Below, in pieces: positions 38,001 to 50,000 of a stretch of 64,000 nucleotides of DNA; within the stretch, counting starts at the first letter, position 1; each line of letters begins with the position of its first letter. The notes under the pieces were generated by a model that ran no database searches, was not told the DNA's origin, and saw only the letters and a list, made by a program, of their open reading frames with translations. The position numbers were made by a program, and so were the translations under genes. The DNA comes from Tubulanus polymorphus. Its lineage: Eukaryota; Animalia; Nemertea. The stretch lies in NCBI RefSeq assembly GCF_964204645.1, contig NC_134033.1, positions 2,376,131-2,440,130 of the forward strand, read 5' to 3'.

Positions 38001-41000
38001 CTAGTTAAAAACAAAATATTCAGCGTTTTTTAAAGAAATTTTTTGACGATTTAAATTTTCCAGTTATTTTTCATTGTGGTTTTGATTCGTTCTTCATATC
38101 TATCTCTTCTCGTGAATTTCTATCTACCATCCATTTTTGGCGTTTTTTCCATTTGCAGGATTTGGAAAGAAAAATGGGATTTTTGATCGGAGATTGCCTG
38201 GTGGCAGCGGCGTTCCTCTCTTACACAGGTCCGTTCTTATCCAACTACAGGGACGAGATGGTCACGCAGAGATGGCTCGCCGAGGTTAGTACCTTCTCAT
38301 TCTCAATGACTTCAGCGATTCAGTAAAATTATGACCAGCTAAATGATGATGACTTATTCTTAATGACTTCAGTGATTGAGTAAAATTATGGTCAGCTAAA
38401 TGATGATGACTTATTCTTAATGACTTAAATGATTTAGTGAAATTATGATTAGCTACTATAATGACAACTTATCCTCAATGACTTCAGCAATTCAGAAAAA
38501 TCATGATTAATTACTGATTGCGACCTTCTCATTCTCAATGACTTCAATGATTAAGTAAAATTATGATTAGTTACTAATGCTGACCTTCTCATTCTAAATG
38601 AGTTCAGCAATTCAGTAAAATTATGATTAATTACTGATTGTGATCTTCTCATTCTCAATGACTTCAATGATTCAGTAAAATTCAATGATTCAGTGAAATT
38701 ATGATTAATTACTAATCACCTTTGTGAAACGTACTTTGAAAAAACAATTTATTGATTTATTCTTAATTCACTTTTGTAGATTCGTAAGTTGGAAGTGCCG
38801 TGCGATCCGGATTTCAATTTCTGCGAATTCATGGTGAAACCGACGCAGGTTCGAGACTGGAATATTCAGGGATTGCCGAACGACGGTTTCTCGACGGAGA
38901 ACGGCGTCATCGTCACTCGCGGCAGACGCTGGCCTCTGATGATCGATCCTCAAGGTCAGGCTATTAAGTGGATCAAGAACATGGAATCATCACGGGTTTG
39001 TATTACTTATCAGCTAAATATTAGAAATATGAAAGGGAAGGATTATTTCAATCCATTTTCAGTTGTTAACTTACAGTTTAAAGTATATTTGACTCTATGG
39101 GTCTATAGATCATTATAGGCAGCCATCTTTTCTGGTAGCGTCTATAGAGAAAATAGATTAGAGGAGGATGTCAAAGGGGATTTATGGAGGCAGACCTCAT
39201 GTCTGGAAGGGCCTCTACATAGATTTGATGATGTCATATGGGGATTTATACCAGCAGATAGCTAATTGGAAGGGTCTTTAGAGAAAATAGATTTGATGAT
39301 GTCATATGGGGATTTATACCAGCAGATAGCTTATTGGAAGGGTCTTTAGAGAAAATAGATTTGATGATGTCATATGGGGATTTATACCAGCAGATAGCTT
39401 ATTGGAAGGGTCTTTAGAGAAAATAGATTTGATGATGTCATATGGGGATTTATACCAGCAGATAGCTTTTTGGAAGGGTCTTTAGAGAAAATAGATTTGA
39501 GGAGGATGTCAAAGGGGATTTATGGAGGCAGACCTCATGTCTGGAAGGGCCTCTACATAGATTTGATGATGTCATATGGGGATTTATACCAGCAGATATC
39601 TTTTTGAAAAGTTTATGGAGAAATTTGTTATACCGTCATAGAGGGATTTAGGCTGGTTTGCATCACTTCGCCTTTTCTCTTCATCTGTAACTAACGATGA
39701 TAATACGATTTTCTATTTAATTTCAGGGATTGAAAGTGATCGATTTACAGCAGCACGACTACATGAGAACGTTAGAGACGGCTATACAATACGGTTTACC
39801 GGTGTTACTGCAGAACGTACAGGAACAACTCGATCCTTCGTTAGATCCCGTGCTTAATAAGTCTATCATCAAAATGGGTACGTACGTGGTAGTCTGAACT
39901 ACCGCATTTCTACAGTTGATATGAAGAAATACCGCCGCATTAAGGATTAAAGAGTCTGAAGACTTGATCAGCATTACTATGATCAAAAAATGTTTCCCAA
40001 AGCTGATAATTTATTCAACGTTTGTTCTGGTTTGTATCGGAGATAATTTGAAAATTTTGAAAAATTCCACCCTAGTGTGTTGAATAACGGGAATACCACT
40101 ATAGTGCGTCTACACTGCGGTGCAGTGCATCATTAGTTACTAGTATTTCACTATGTTTGACAGGTGCTGCCATCATTCAAAAATAGAGATAAAAACTAAT
40201 TACTAATTACATCAATACACTGCAGTGCGGTGTACTAGCAAAATCCATCACCAATTCATACACCGCACTGCGGTGTAGACGCACTGAAAGGGTTAAAACT
40301 GTGTCCTGTTGCCTGTTGTGTATAGGCGGGCTCTACGGTTTATGGAATCGTCGCATCGGTCCTGAATCCAGTTCCACAGTTTTTGAGTTTGAGTTAAAAT
40401 CAGTTCTCATTTTCGATGAGTTTAAAATACCGGTGGACTGCGGTGCTGACGATCGTCGCCCTAAAATTAGACTTTTCCGTTAAAATCCTCCATTTTACGA
40501 TATATTTATCATATTTTTCGACTGTAGGTGGCGCTTGGATGATCCGTCTGGGTGATAAGGAAGTCGAGTACAACGCCGATTTCAGGTTTTACATCACGAC
40601 GAAACTGAGCAACCCTCACTACGCGCCGGAGATCTCGACGAAAACAACTCTCGTTAATTTCGCCGTCAAAGAACAAGGCAAGTGGAACGACAAATCGTCC
40701 TGTGTTTTATTTCGATAACGAACGATTACAGAATTGATGATTTTAGATTTCTACGAAGACGGACTCAAGATATATCTCAGAACTGTCCGAAAAACAAACT
40801 TTGAAATATCGTCAATTCTAGAACGATAACCACACTCAAACGTGGTGAACGGATAATAGATAAAAACCCACTATCTACAGGTTAAAAGAATTTAAAAACA
40901 AGAATTTATTTATTTAATCTAGAAGACACCTGACGATGATCTCTAGGGTGAGATCGAAACGACGTGTCATATATATTTTAGATTGAATAAATAAATTCTT

Positions 41001-44000
41001 GTTTTTAAATTCTTTCAATCTGTAGACAGTGGGTTTTTATCTTATTATCGTCAATTCGTCCATCAGTTCGTGGATCATGTTTTCGATTTCGTTTTAGAAA
41101 CGAATTTGGATTAATTTGAAATTGATTCTCTGTTATTTGATGGTCTGCAGGTTTGGAAGCTCAGCTGTTGGGTATCGTCGTGCGTAAAGAACGACCCGAG
41201 TTAGAACAGCAGAAAGATAAACTAGTGATTAACATCGCTGAGGGCAAGAAAAAGTTGGTCGAACTCGAGGACAAAATTCTAAGGTAAATAGAAGATTAGT
41301 TTGAAATGAGTAGGTAATTTTTTGATGATGTCATAGGGGGATTTCTGGAGGCAGTCGTCGTTACTGGCAGGGTCTATTGGCGGAATAGCTATGCAATATC
41401 GTGATGTCATAGGGGGATTCATGAAGGTAGCCTTCATAGGATTATAGGTCAAATCAAATCATTGTTTCCGTAAGGGTCTGTAAATCAATTTGGTGATGTC
41501 ATAGGGAGATTTATGGAGGTAGCCATCTTTTCTGTTAGGATTTATAGGTCAAATTAGCAATTTGGTGATGTCATAGGGAGATCTATGGAGGTAGCCATCT
41601 TTTCTGTTAGGATTTATAGGTCAAATTAGCAATTTGATGATGTCATTGGGAGATTTTTGGAGGCTGTCATCTTTTCTGTTAGGATTTATAGGTCAAATTA
41701 GCAATTTATGGATGTCATAGGGGGATTTATGAAGGTGGCCATCTTTTCTCGAAGGGTTTACAGAGGAAATCGCTGGTATTTTCTGACTAATTAAGATATT
41801 TTGCGATATCGATGATTGTAGGTTATTGAACGAAGCTCAAGGTTCGTTGTTAGACGACGAGGATCTCGTGAACACGTTGCAAACGTCGAAGACTACATCG
41901 CAGGACGTCTCCGAACAACTGCAGACGGCGGAACAAACCGAGGCGAAAATCGATACCGCTCGTGAGGTAGGCGTATTTATCGAATGCGATTTTAGTAAGG
42001 AAATCTTTAGACGATTTCGTGAAAAATATGAAGACCCGCACCAATATGCCGACTTTCGTGGACATTCTGGTAAAATAATGATTTGAGAAAACGGGATGGG
42101 CACTGACCTGGAATTCGGGGAAAAGTCAAGGAATTTTCTTTAAAAAAAGGCAGAGAATTTTGTAGAAAAGCAAGAAGTCACGGAAATTGCTAAATTGCGC
42201 GTGAAATCAAACATTTTGCGTCTATGTCTTGCGTATTTGACTGTGTTAATTGATTGGAATCTTAGCAAATCAAGTCAGGAAATACAATGTACATGTCAGG
42301 GAAGAGTCTGGGCAAAAGCAAGTCAAATAGAAGTGGTCACAGTGATGAAATAATTTGAAAATTTTGCTGTGAAAAAAATGTCATTAATTCATTCCAGAAA
42401 CGATCGACTTATTTAATGTATGCGTTTAATGTTTTTTTGTAGGGTTACCGGTCGTGCGCCCAACGAGCTTCGATTCTGTTCTTCGTGCTAAACGATATGG
42501 GACGAATCGATCCGATGTATCAGTTCTCGCTCGACGCGTACATCGAGTTGTTCAATCTGTCGATCGATAAATCGCAGCGCTCGGCGAAACTGGAGGAACG
42601 TATAACTAATCTCAACGAGTATCACACGTACGCCGTTTACAGGTAAATATATATAACGAGCATCCTTTCAAATTAGTTTTGCTTAACCCTTTCACTGCGT
42701 CTACACCGTAGTGCAGTGTATAAATCGGTGATGAATTTTGTTTGTACACCGCACTGCGGTGTATTGATGTAATAAGTGATTAGTTTTTATCTCTATTAAA
42801 GATGTCAAAACATCAAACACCTGTCAAACATAGTGAAATATTAGTAACTAACGATACACCGCGCCGCACTATAGTGGTATTGCTTTTATTCAACCCCCTG
42901 GGATGGAATTTTTCAAAATTTTCAAAATATCTCCAGCACTATAGGGTATTAATTAGTCAGCACTGAAAGGGTTAAGACAGCGCGGCCACTAACCAGGAAA
43001 TCAGGCAAAAGTCATGGAATTTGCTTTAAAAAATTCAGGGAATAATCAGGGAATCTTATACGTCTTAAAAAAAGTCAGAGAATTTTGTAAAAATGCTAAA
43101 AATCGCGATCAATTCACGGGAATATGTTGAGATTGCTATATCACACGTAAAATCAAATAGTTCCCGTTTATGTGTTACATATTTGACTGTCGGGGATCGA
43201 AAGCTAGAAGTCATGGAAAAATTAGGGTATATTTGGAGAATTTTGTAAGAAAAAAGCTAAAAATCAGAGGAAAGTTAGGGAAATTTGTTGAGATTGCTAG
43301 ATCGCGCTTGAAATCAAACAGTTTGGGTCTATGTCTTACGTATTTGACTGTATTAATTGATTGGATTCTTAGCAGATCGAGTCAGGGAAAACAACTTACG
43401 CATCAGGGAAAGGTCAGGGAATCAGATAAAAGTGGCCACCCTGTTGAATAATACTTAATGTACTGATTTTAACGCTCCTAAAACATAGAACATAAACAAC
43501 TTTTCGTCTAAAACCTAACTATTTCAGGTACACGTGTCGAGGTCTGTTCGAACGTCACAAGTTGCTGTTCTCGTTCCAAATGTGCGCGAAAATCCTCGAG
43601 GCTTCCGGCAAACTGAACATGGACGAATATAACTTCTTCCTGAGAGGCGGAATCGTAAGTTGACATTATCGAGTCAAAGTTAACCCTTTCATTGCGTCTA
43701 CACAGCAGTGTGGTGTACAGACCTGGACGTATCGGCCCCACTCCACGCGGTTGCGCCACCGTGCGGGATTTAGGCGAAGCAGCAAACACAAACATGGCCA
43801 CTCTCTCAATTTTCAATGATAGAAATGGTGTGTGCATTTCAATTATTTCGGCTGTTAGGGTTTTAAGGCACAATATAAGTTGACGATGTGATATGGCGAT
43901 GTTAGTTAATGATAATTCCGCAGTGAAGCTAGTCACGAACGGTGCCGATTGAGTGTACAGCTGCCAAAAACACTGAAATGTGCGTAGTTGCGTAACTATT

Positions 44001-47000
44001 TGCAGTGCATTGCAGACGAAACATGAAGCCTTAACGGCTGTTTGAAAAAAATTATACCAATCGCAATTGTAAAATAAAAATGAGATAGAACCTAAGTTAA
44101 AATTCTGGCCATTTCTAAAATGTTATTACTAATTTTTAGTCAGTGCCGAACGTTTAGTTTTCCAACAATAATGAGGGGTGGTAGGTAGTCATGCAATTCA
44201 AGTCATCATTTATTACACGTTACTTCCGTGTTGTTGAAAATCTCGAGAGTCCTGGACCAAACCCCATTGAACAATGTGATCTGTGTGCTGGCCACAAATG
44301 CACACAGATCACACTACACTACCCATTACACACCCCAGTACCCACAGCTTTCATATATCCATCCAAATATTTAGAGTGTCTTTCTTCCTGGGTGTATGAA
44401 TTGGCGTTTGACTTTGCTAGTACAGTGCAACACGGTTCTGTGCACATTATTCAACATACTAGGGTGGAATTTTTAAAGAATTTTCTCCAGCACTTTCAGG
44501 TATTCATTAGTCAGCCCTGAAAGGGTTAACTCAGCTCCTTAACTACCCTCTTCAAATATCTATACTTTTCAAATATTTATAACTGAAATTGATGACACGA
44601 ATATTTCCAAGTACATGCATTATTTTCTTACGAATCTCCGTCGTATCTTTTCGTTTGAAATTGATTTCAGGTTTTAGACCGTGAGAATCAGATGGATAAC
44701 CCGTGCCCGCAGTGGTTATCCGATATCGCGTGGGATAACATAACGGAGTTGGATAAACAGGCGAACTTCCACGGGATAATCACGTCGTTCGAGCAGTACC
44801 CGCGCGACTGGCACATGTGGTATACAGCCGCCGAACCCGAGAGCGCTCCATTCCCCGGTAATATCACCATTTAACAATCTTTACAAATAATTCTTTATGA
44901 ATGAAAAATATCCAGTTCCATGTGCTACGTAGAAGCTTGGTCCTGAGAAATAGAAACTTAAAGATGTCTGTCACACTAAAATTCCCCAATGACATCATCT
45001 AGGTATTTGATGATATTATAGGGAGATTTATGGTGGCAGAAATTTTATGTCAGGGTCTATTTAGTGATTTAATGATGTCAATAAGGGATTTATGGAGGTA
45101 GCCATCTTTTACACAATTGTTAATAGATAAAAATTACTAGTAGGTAATTTTATGATGTCATGATTCATGGTGGGAGCCATCTTTTTGATGGGTATTCAAA
45201 TGATGTCATAGGGGGAATATTACCCTTCCATAAGAAGATGGGAAGCAGCCATCTTCTAATGGAAGGGGAATTGGTTCTTCAAGAGAAGGAATGAACGTTT
45301 TTGAAACTCAGAAAAATTATGAAAAAATATTTATTGAATGTATTTATATGTTTATATATAATATAGGTGAGTGGGACAACGCTTGTAACGAATTACAGAG
45401 AATGTTGATAGTGCGGTCGTTGCGTCCGGACCGAGTTTCGTTCTGCGCTACGTCGTTTATTGTTAACAATCTCGGATCGAAGTTCGTCGAACCGCCAGTT
45501 TTAGATATGCATCAAGTCGTCGAGGATTCGACCACGCGAACCCCGCTTATCTTCGTCTTATCACCGGGCGTGGTAAGTATCAACTGATGATATAGTAACA
45601 TTAAAAGATGTTACTGAGGGTCTCTTACTGTTGATTACTGATTAATTTGAACAGAAATATGAAAGATGTTACTGAGGGTCTTACTGTTGATAACTGATTA
45701 ATTTACAACATTTTCTTTCATATTTCAATGAAATGTTACTGAAAAAAATTCAATTTGTTGCTGGCAGCCCGGCAATGTATAACATATGACCGAATTTCCT
45801 GTGATTCTATCTGTTGTTGTTCTGTCTTTAGGATCCGACGAGTGGATTGTTACAGCTCGCCGAGGCCAGCAACATGGCTCACCGATTCCACGCGCTGTCG
45901 TTAGGTCAAGGTCAGGCGCCGATCGCGACGAGGATGATCAGAGAGGGCGTAAAAGAGGTGAGAGAAATCCTCATAGATTCTCATAGATTCTCTAACGATT
46001 CTAGGGTGGCCACTGACTTGGAAATCTTGGAAAACTCGGGGAATCAGAAAACATAGAAAACTCAGGGAATTTGAACAAATTTTACCAAAAATTCATTGGA
46101 AATGATGCCATGAAAAATGAATGAATTGTGAATATTTTAAACCAAGAAATTTCTCTGATTCACTCAGAGAATTTTGTGTCATTACATGGAAAAAACAGGG
46201 AATTCAGTAAATTGGCTTTAAGTGGCCACTCTGACGTCTCGGAAATATTTTCAGAATAAAAGAAAGTTAAATTCATGTAATTCACGTGTATTTCAGGGTA
46301 ACTGGGTATTTTTGGCGAATTGCCACTTGTCGTTGAGTTGGATGCCGCAGTTAGATAAACTAGTCGAACAGTTACAAGTCGAAGAGACGCATCCGTCGTT
46401 CCGTCTGTGGTTGAGCAGTAGCCCTCATCCCGAGTTCCCCATCTCCATTTTACAAGCCGGTATCAAAATGACCACCGAACCGCCGAAGGTATGTTTAAAC
46501 TGTCCGCTGAGATTTTTAGAATTGGTTAATGTCAATTTGAAACTCGTAACTGTGGAAACTGTGCTCCCGGTTCGACAGTTGTGAGTTCAGTTTGACCGAA
46601 AAACTATTTCATTTCCAAAATTATTTTTGTACTAGGATCAAATCAAGCCTTCAACGTCAGGGTCCAGTTCCACAGTTCTGAGTTAGGATTTGACCCCGGG
46701 TTAAAACATCGAAAATGAACTAACTTTAACTCAGAGTTAACTCTAACTCACAACTGTGGAACTGGGTCCAGTTAAACAATCAAAATAGAAAAATTGAAAT
46801 ATTTCTAGAGTAATCTCTAAAAATCTTATCTTACCGACCGGTATTACGACATTTTAGTTTCCAATTTTTTTTTCGAATTGACTTTGAAAAGAGTGTCTAT
46901 TTCTCCTGCAGGGTTTGAAAGCGAATATGAAACGTTTGTATCATCTGATCACCGATCAACAGTTCGTACGCTGCGGTAAACCGGAGAAATATCGTAAATT

Positions 47001-50000
47001 GCTGTTCTGTCTGTGCTTCTTCCATTCTGTTTTATTGGAGAGGAGAAAATTCTTGATGCTCGGCTGGAATATTCCGTACGATTTCAACGATTCCGATTTC
47101 GAGGTTAGTTTTTCGATATTTCGATGCCGGTTTCAACCAGAAAACAGATCTGTATCCTGGACTCGGCCACCAATTACAATGTATCATCCACACTTCACAT
47201 GTGTTCAGTGCTTCACCTGAGACATTTTTAATCGAAAATGAACTACAAACACCAGACATTAGACATTTTATCAGCACATTTTCAAAAACTGATCGTCCAC
47301 ACTTCACATGTGTTCAGTATTTAATGATAATAATAATTTTATTTATACACCACTTTACACTGCGTTTCAAGGTGGTTTACAATAATGAATACATTAAGAT
47401 AATTATTTCACCTGAGACATTTTTAATTGAATTGAAAATGAACTACAAACACCAGACATTAGACATTTTATCAGCACACTTTCAAAAACTTAGGAAAGAA
47501 CAGACTGATGAACGTATTGATCTAGACATGACCCCGTATCGCTAACAATTCAGAAATCATTATTCATTCTCTCCCTGTCGTCTGCCTGCAGGTATCCGAG
47601 AATTTGTTGAGCATTTATTTAGACGAATACGACGAAACTCCGTGGGACGCATTGAAATATCTGATCGCCGGTATCAACTACGGAGGTCACGTGACCGACG
47701 ACTGGGACAGACGGCTGTTGTTGACGTATATCAACGATTTCTTCAACGACCCTTCGATCAGTACTCCGTTTTTCAAGTAAGTACACGTAACGCTAACACT
47801 TTCAATGCAGAATTATCCTCTTAGCGCGTCTACACCGCAGTGCCGTGTATAGATTGGTGATGGACTTAGCTAGTACACCGCGTTGTAGTCGATTTGTGTT
47901 ATTAGTAATTAGTTTAAACTAAAAGATTAGTTGTTGTTGAAAGGTGGCCGCCTCTGTCAAACGTAGTTGAATCTGTCAAATATTAGTAGGTACACCGCAC
48001 CATGGTGTAGACGCACTATGGTGGTATGGCCGGTTTACATCGCACTCTGGTGGAATTTTGTTTTGTTGAAACTGTCAAATATTAGTAACTCATGATACAC
48101 CGCGCCATGGTGTAGACGCACTTTGGTGGCATGGCCTTTATACACCGCACTCTGGTGGAATTATTGAAAATTTTCAAATTATCTCCAACACATGAATGCA
48201 TTATTACAGTTTGAACTACATTCCTGAAAATATTATCAACTCATTACCGATGAAGCAGACGCTTGAATGAATATATTAATTTTTTTCAGGATGTCTGTGC
48301 TGCCCACCTATTACATACCTAAAGACGGTCCGTTGGGCGCGTATAAAGAATACGTCAGCATGTTACCGAATATCGACCATCCCGAGGCGTTCGGGCAACA
48401 TCCGAACGCCGACATCGCGTCGCAAATACAGGAGACGAGGATGCTGTTCGAAACGTTGCTGTCGTTACAACCGCAAGTATCGTCGGCTGCTAGCGGTGAA
48501 AGTCGCGAGGATAAGGTAAAAAACAATTCACCCGATGACATCATCAAATTAGAACGGATTAGTAATCTCGTTTCAAGACCCCGACTACCAGAACCCCCCT
48601 ATGACATCATCAAATTAGATCAAATTAGTAATCTCGTTTCGAGATCCCGACTATCAGAACCCCCCTATGACATCATCAAATTAGATCAGATTAGTAATCT
48701 CGTTTCAAGATCCCGACTACCAGAACCCCCTATGACATCATCAAATTAGAAATTAATCTTGTCTCAAGATCCTGACCACCTGAATCCCCCTATGACATCA
48801 TCAAATAACAATGTAGATGCCTGAGAAAGTAATCTTGTCTTAAGATCCAGACTTCTTGGATCCTCCTATGAAATCATTGAATTCCCTAGTAATCTTACCT
48901 AGTAATCTTTTCTCAAGATCCTGGCTGACTCCATCAATCCATCCTATGACATCATCAAATTCCAAATTAACCTTGTCTACCTGGATCCCCCTATGACATC
49001 ATCAATTAACAATGTAGATAGTAATTTTCTCTCAAGATCCTGACTGCCTCGCCTTGTAATCTTTTGATAATTGCCTCCATAAATCCCTCCCTGGCAATGG
49101 AGTCATATTGATACCCTATAGGCACTGAATACATTTCAACCTATTGCCTACTGTTCGTCGTTCATTGATTCTGTGAATTGTGAATGTTTTCTAGGTTTTG
49201 GAATTGTCCGCGAACATTTATCGCCAGTTACCGGAAAACATCGATTACGACGGCACCGCGAAGATTCTCGCTCTCGATCCGTCGCCTCTTAACGTCGTAC
49301 TCTTACAAGAGGTACGTTCACCGGAATACTACGCAGTTTTAACAGTTTTTAGTCGAAAATATTAAGATATTTTCACGCTATGAATTTCGATTTCGGTTTC
49401 AGATTCAACGTTACAACGCGTTGTTAAACCAGATCCGAGAATCGCTCGTCGCGCTAGAGAAAGGTATCCAAGGTTTGGTCGTGATGTCGAATGAACTGGA
49501 GGACATATTCAATTGTATATTCGACGCGCGTGTGCCGCCTTCTTGGCTGAAGGTAAGTTTCATTTTCAATGCTCTATTTTGGAACTGACTCAAACAGTCA
49601 ACATCAGTCCATCTTTAGAAGTGACTAAACTAACATTTGGAATTAACACTTTCAGGGTCAAAATCTATCATTTGTCATTTGTTAACTCTTTCAGTGCTGA
49701 CTAGTAAATACCCTATAGTGCTGGAGATAGTTTTAAAATTTGGTACAATTTCACCCCAGTACATTAAATACTGGGCATACCGCTAATAGTGCATCTACAC
49801 CACAACGCGGTGTATCGTTAGTTACTAACATTTGTCTATGTTTGACAAGTGTTGCCATCTCTCAATATAGATAAAAGATAATTATTGATAGCATCCATAC
49901 ACCGCGATGCGGTGTACTAGCAAAGTCTGTCACCAATCTATATACCGCACCGCGGTGTAGACGTGCTGAAAGGATTAAACCACTTCAGACCAGTTGTAGT

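Noticed and set aside
43508-44520. ORFs (142 aa minus, 109 aa plus) in the nested insert as a transposase
   Set aside because: No DDE, RT or other recognisable motifs; they run across element boundaries.
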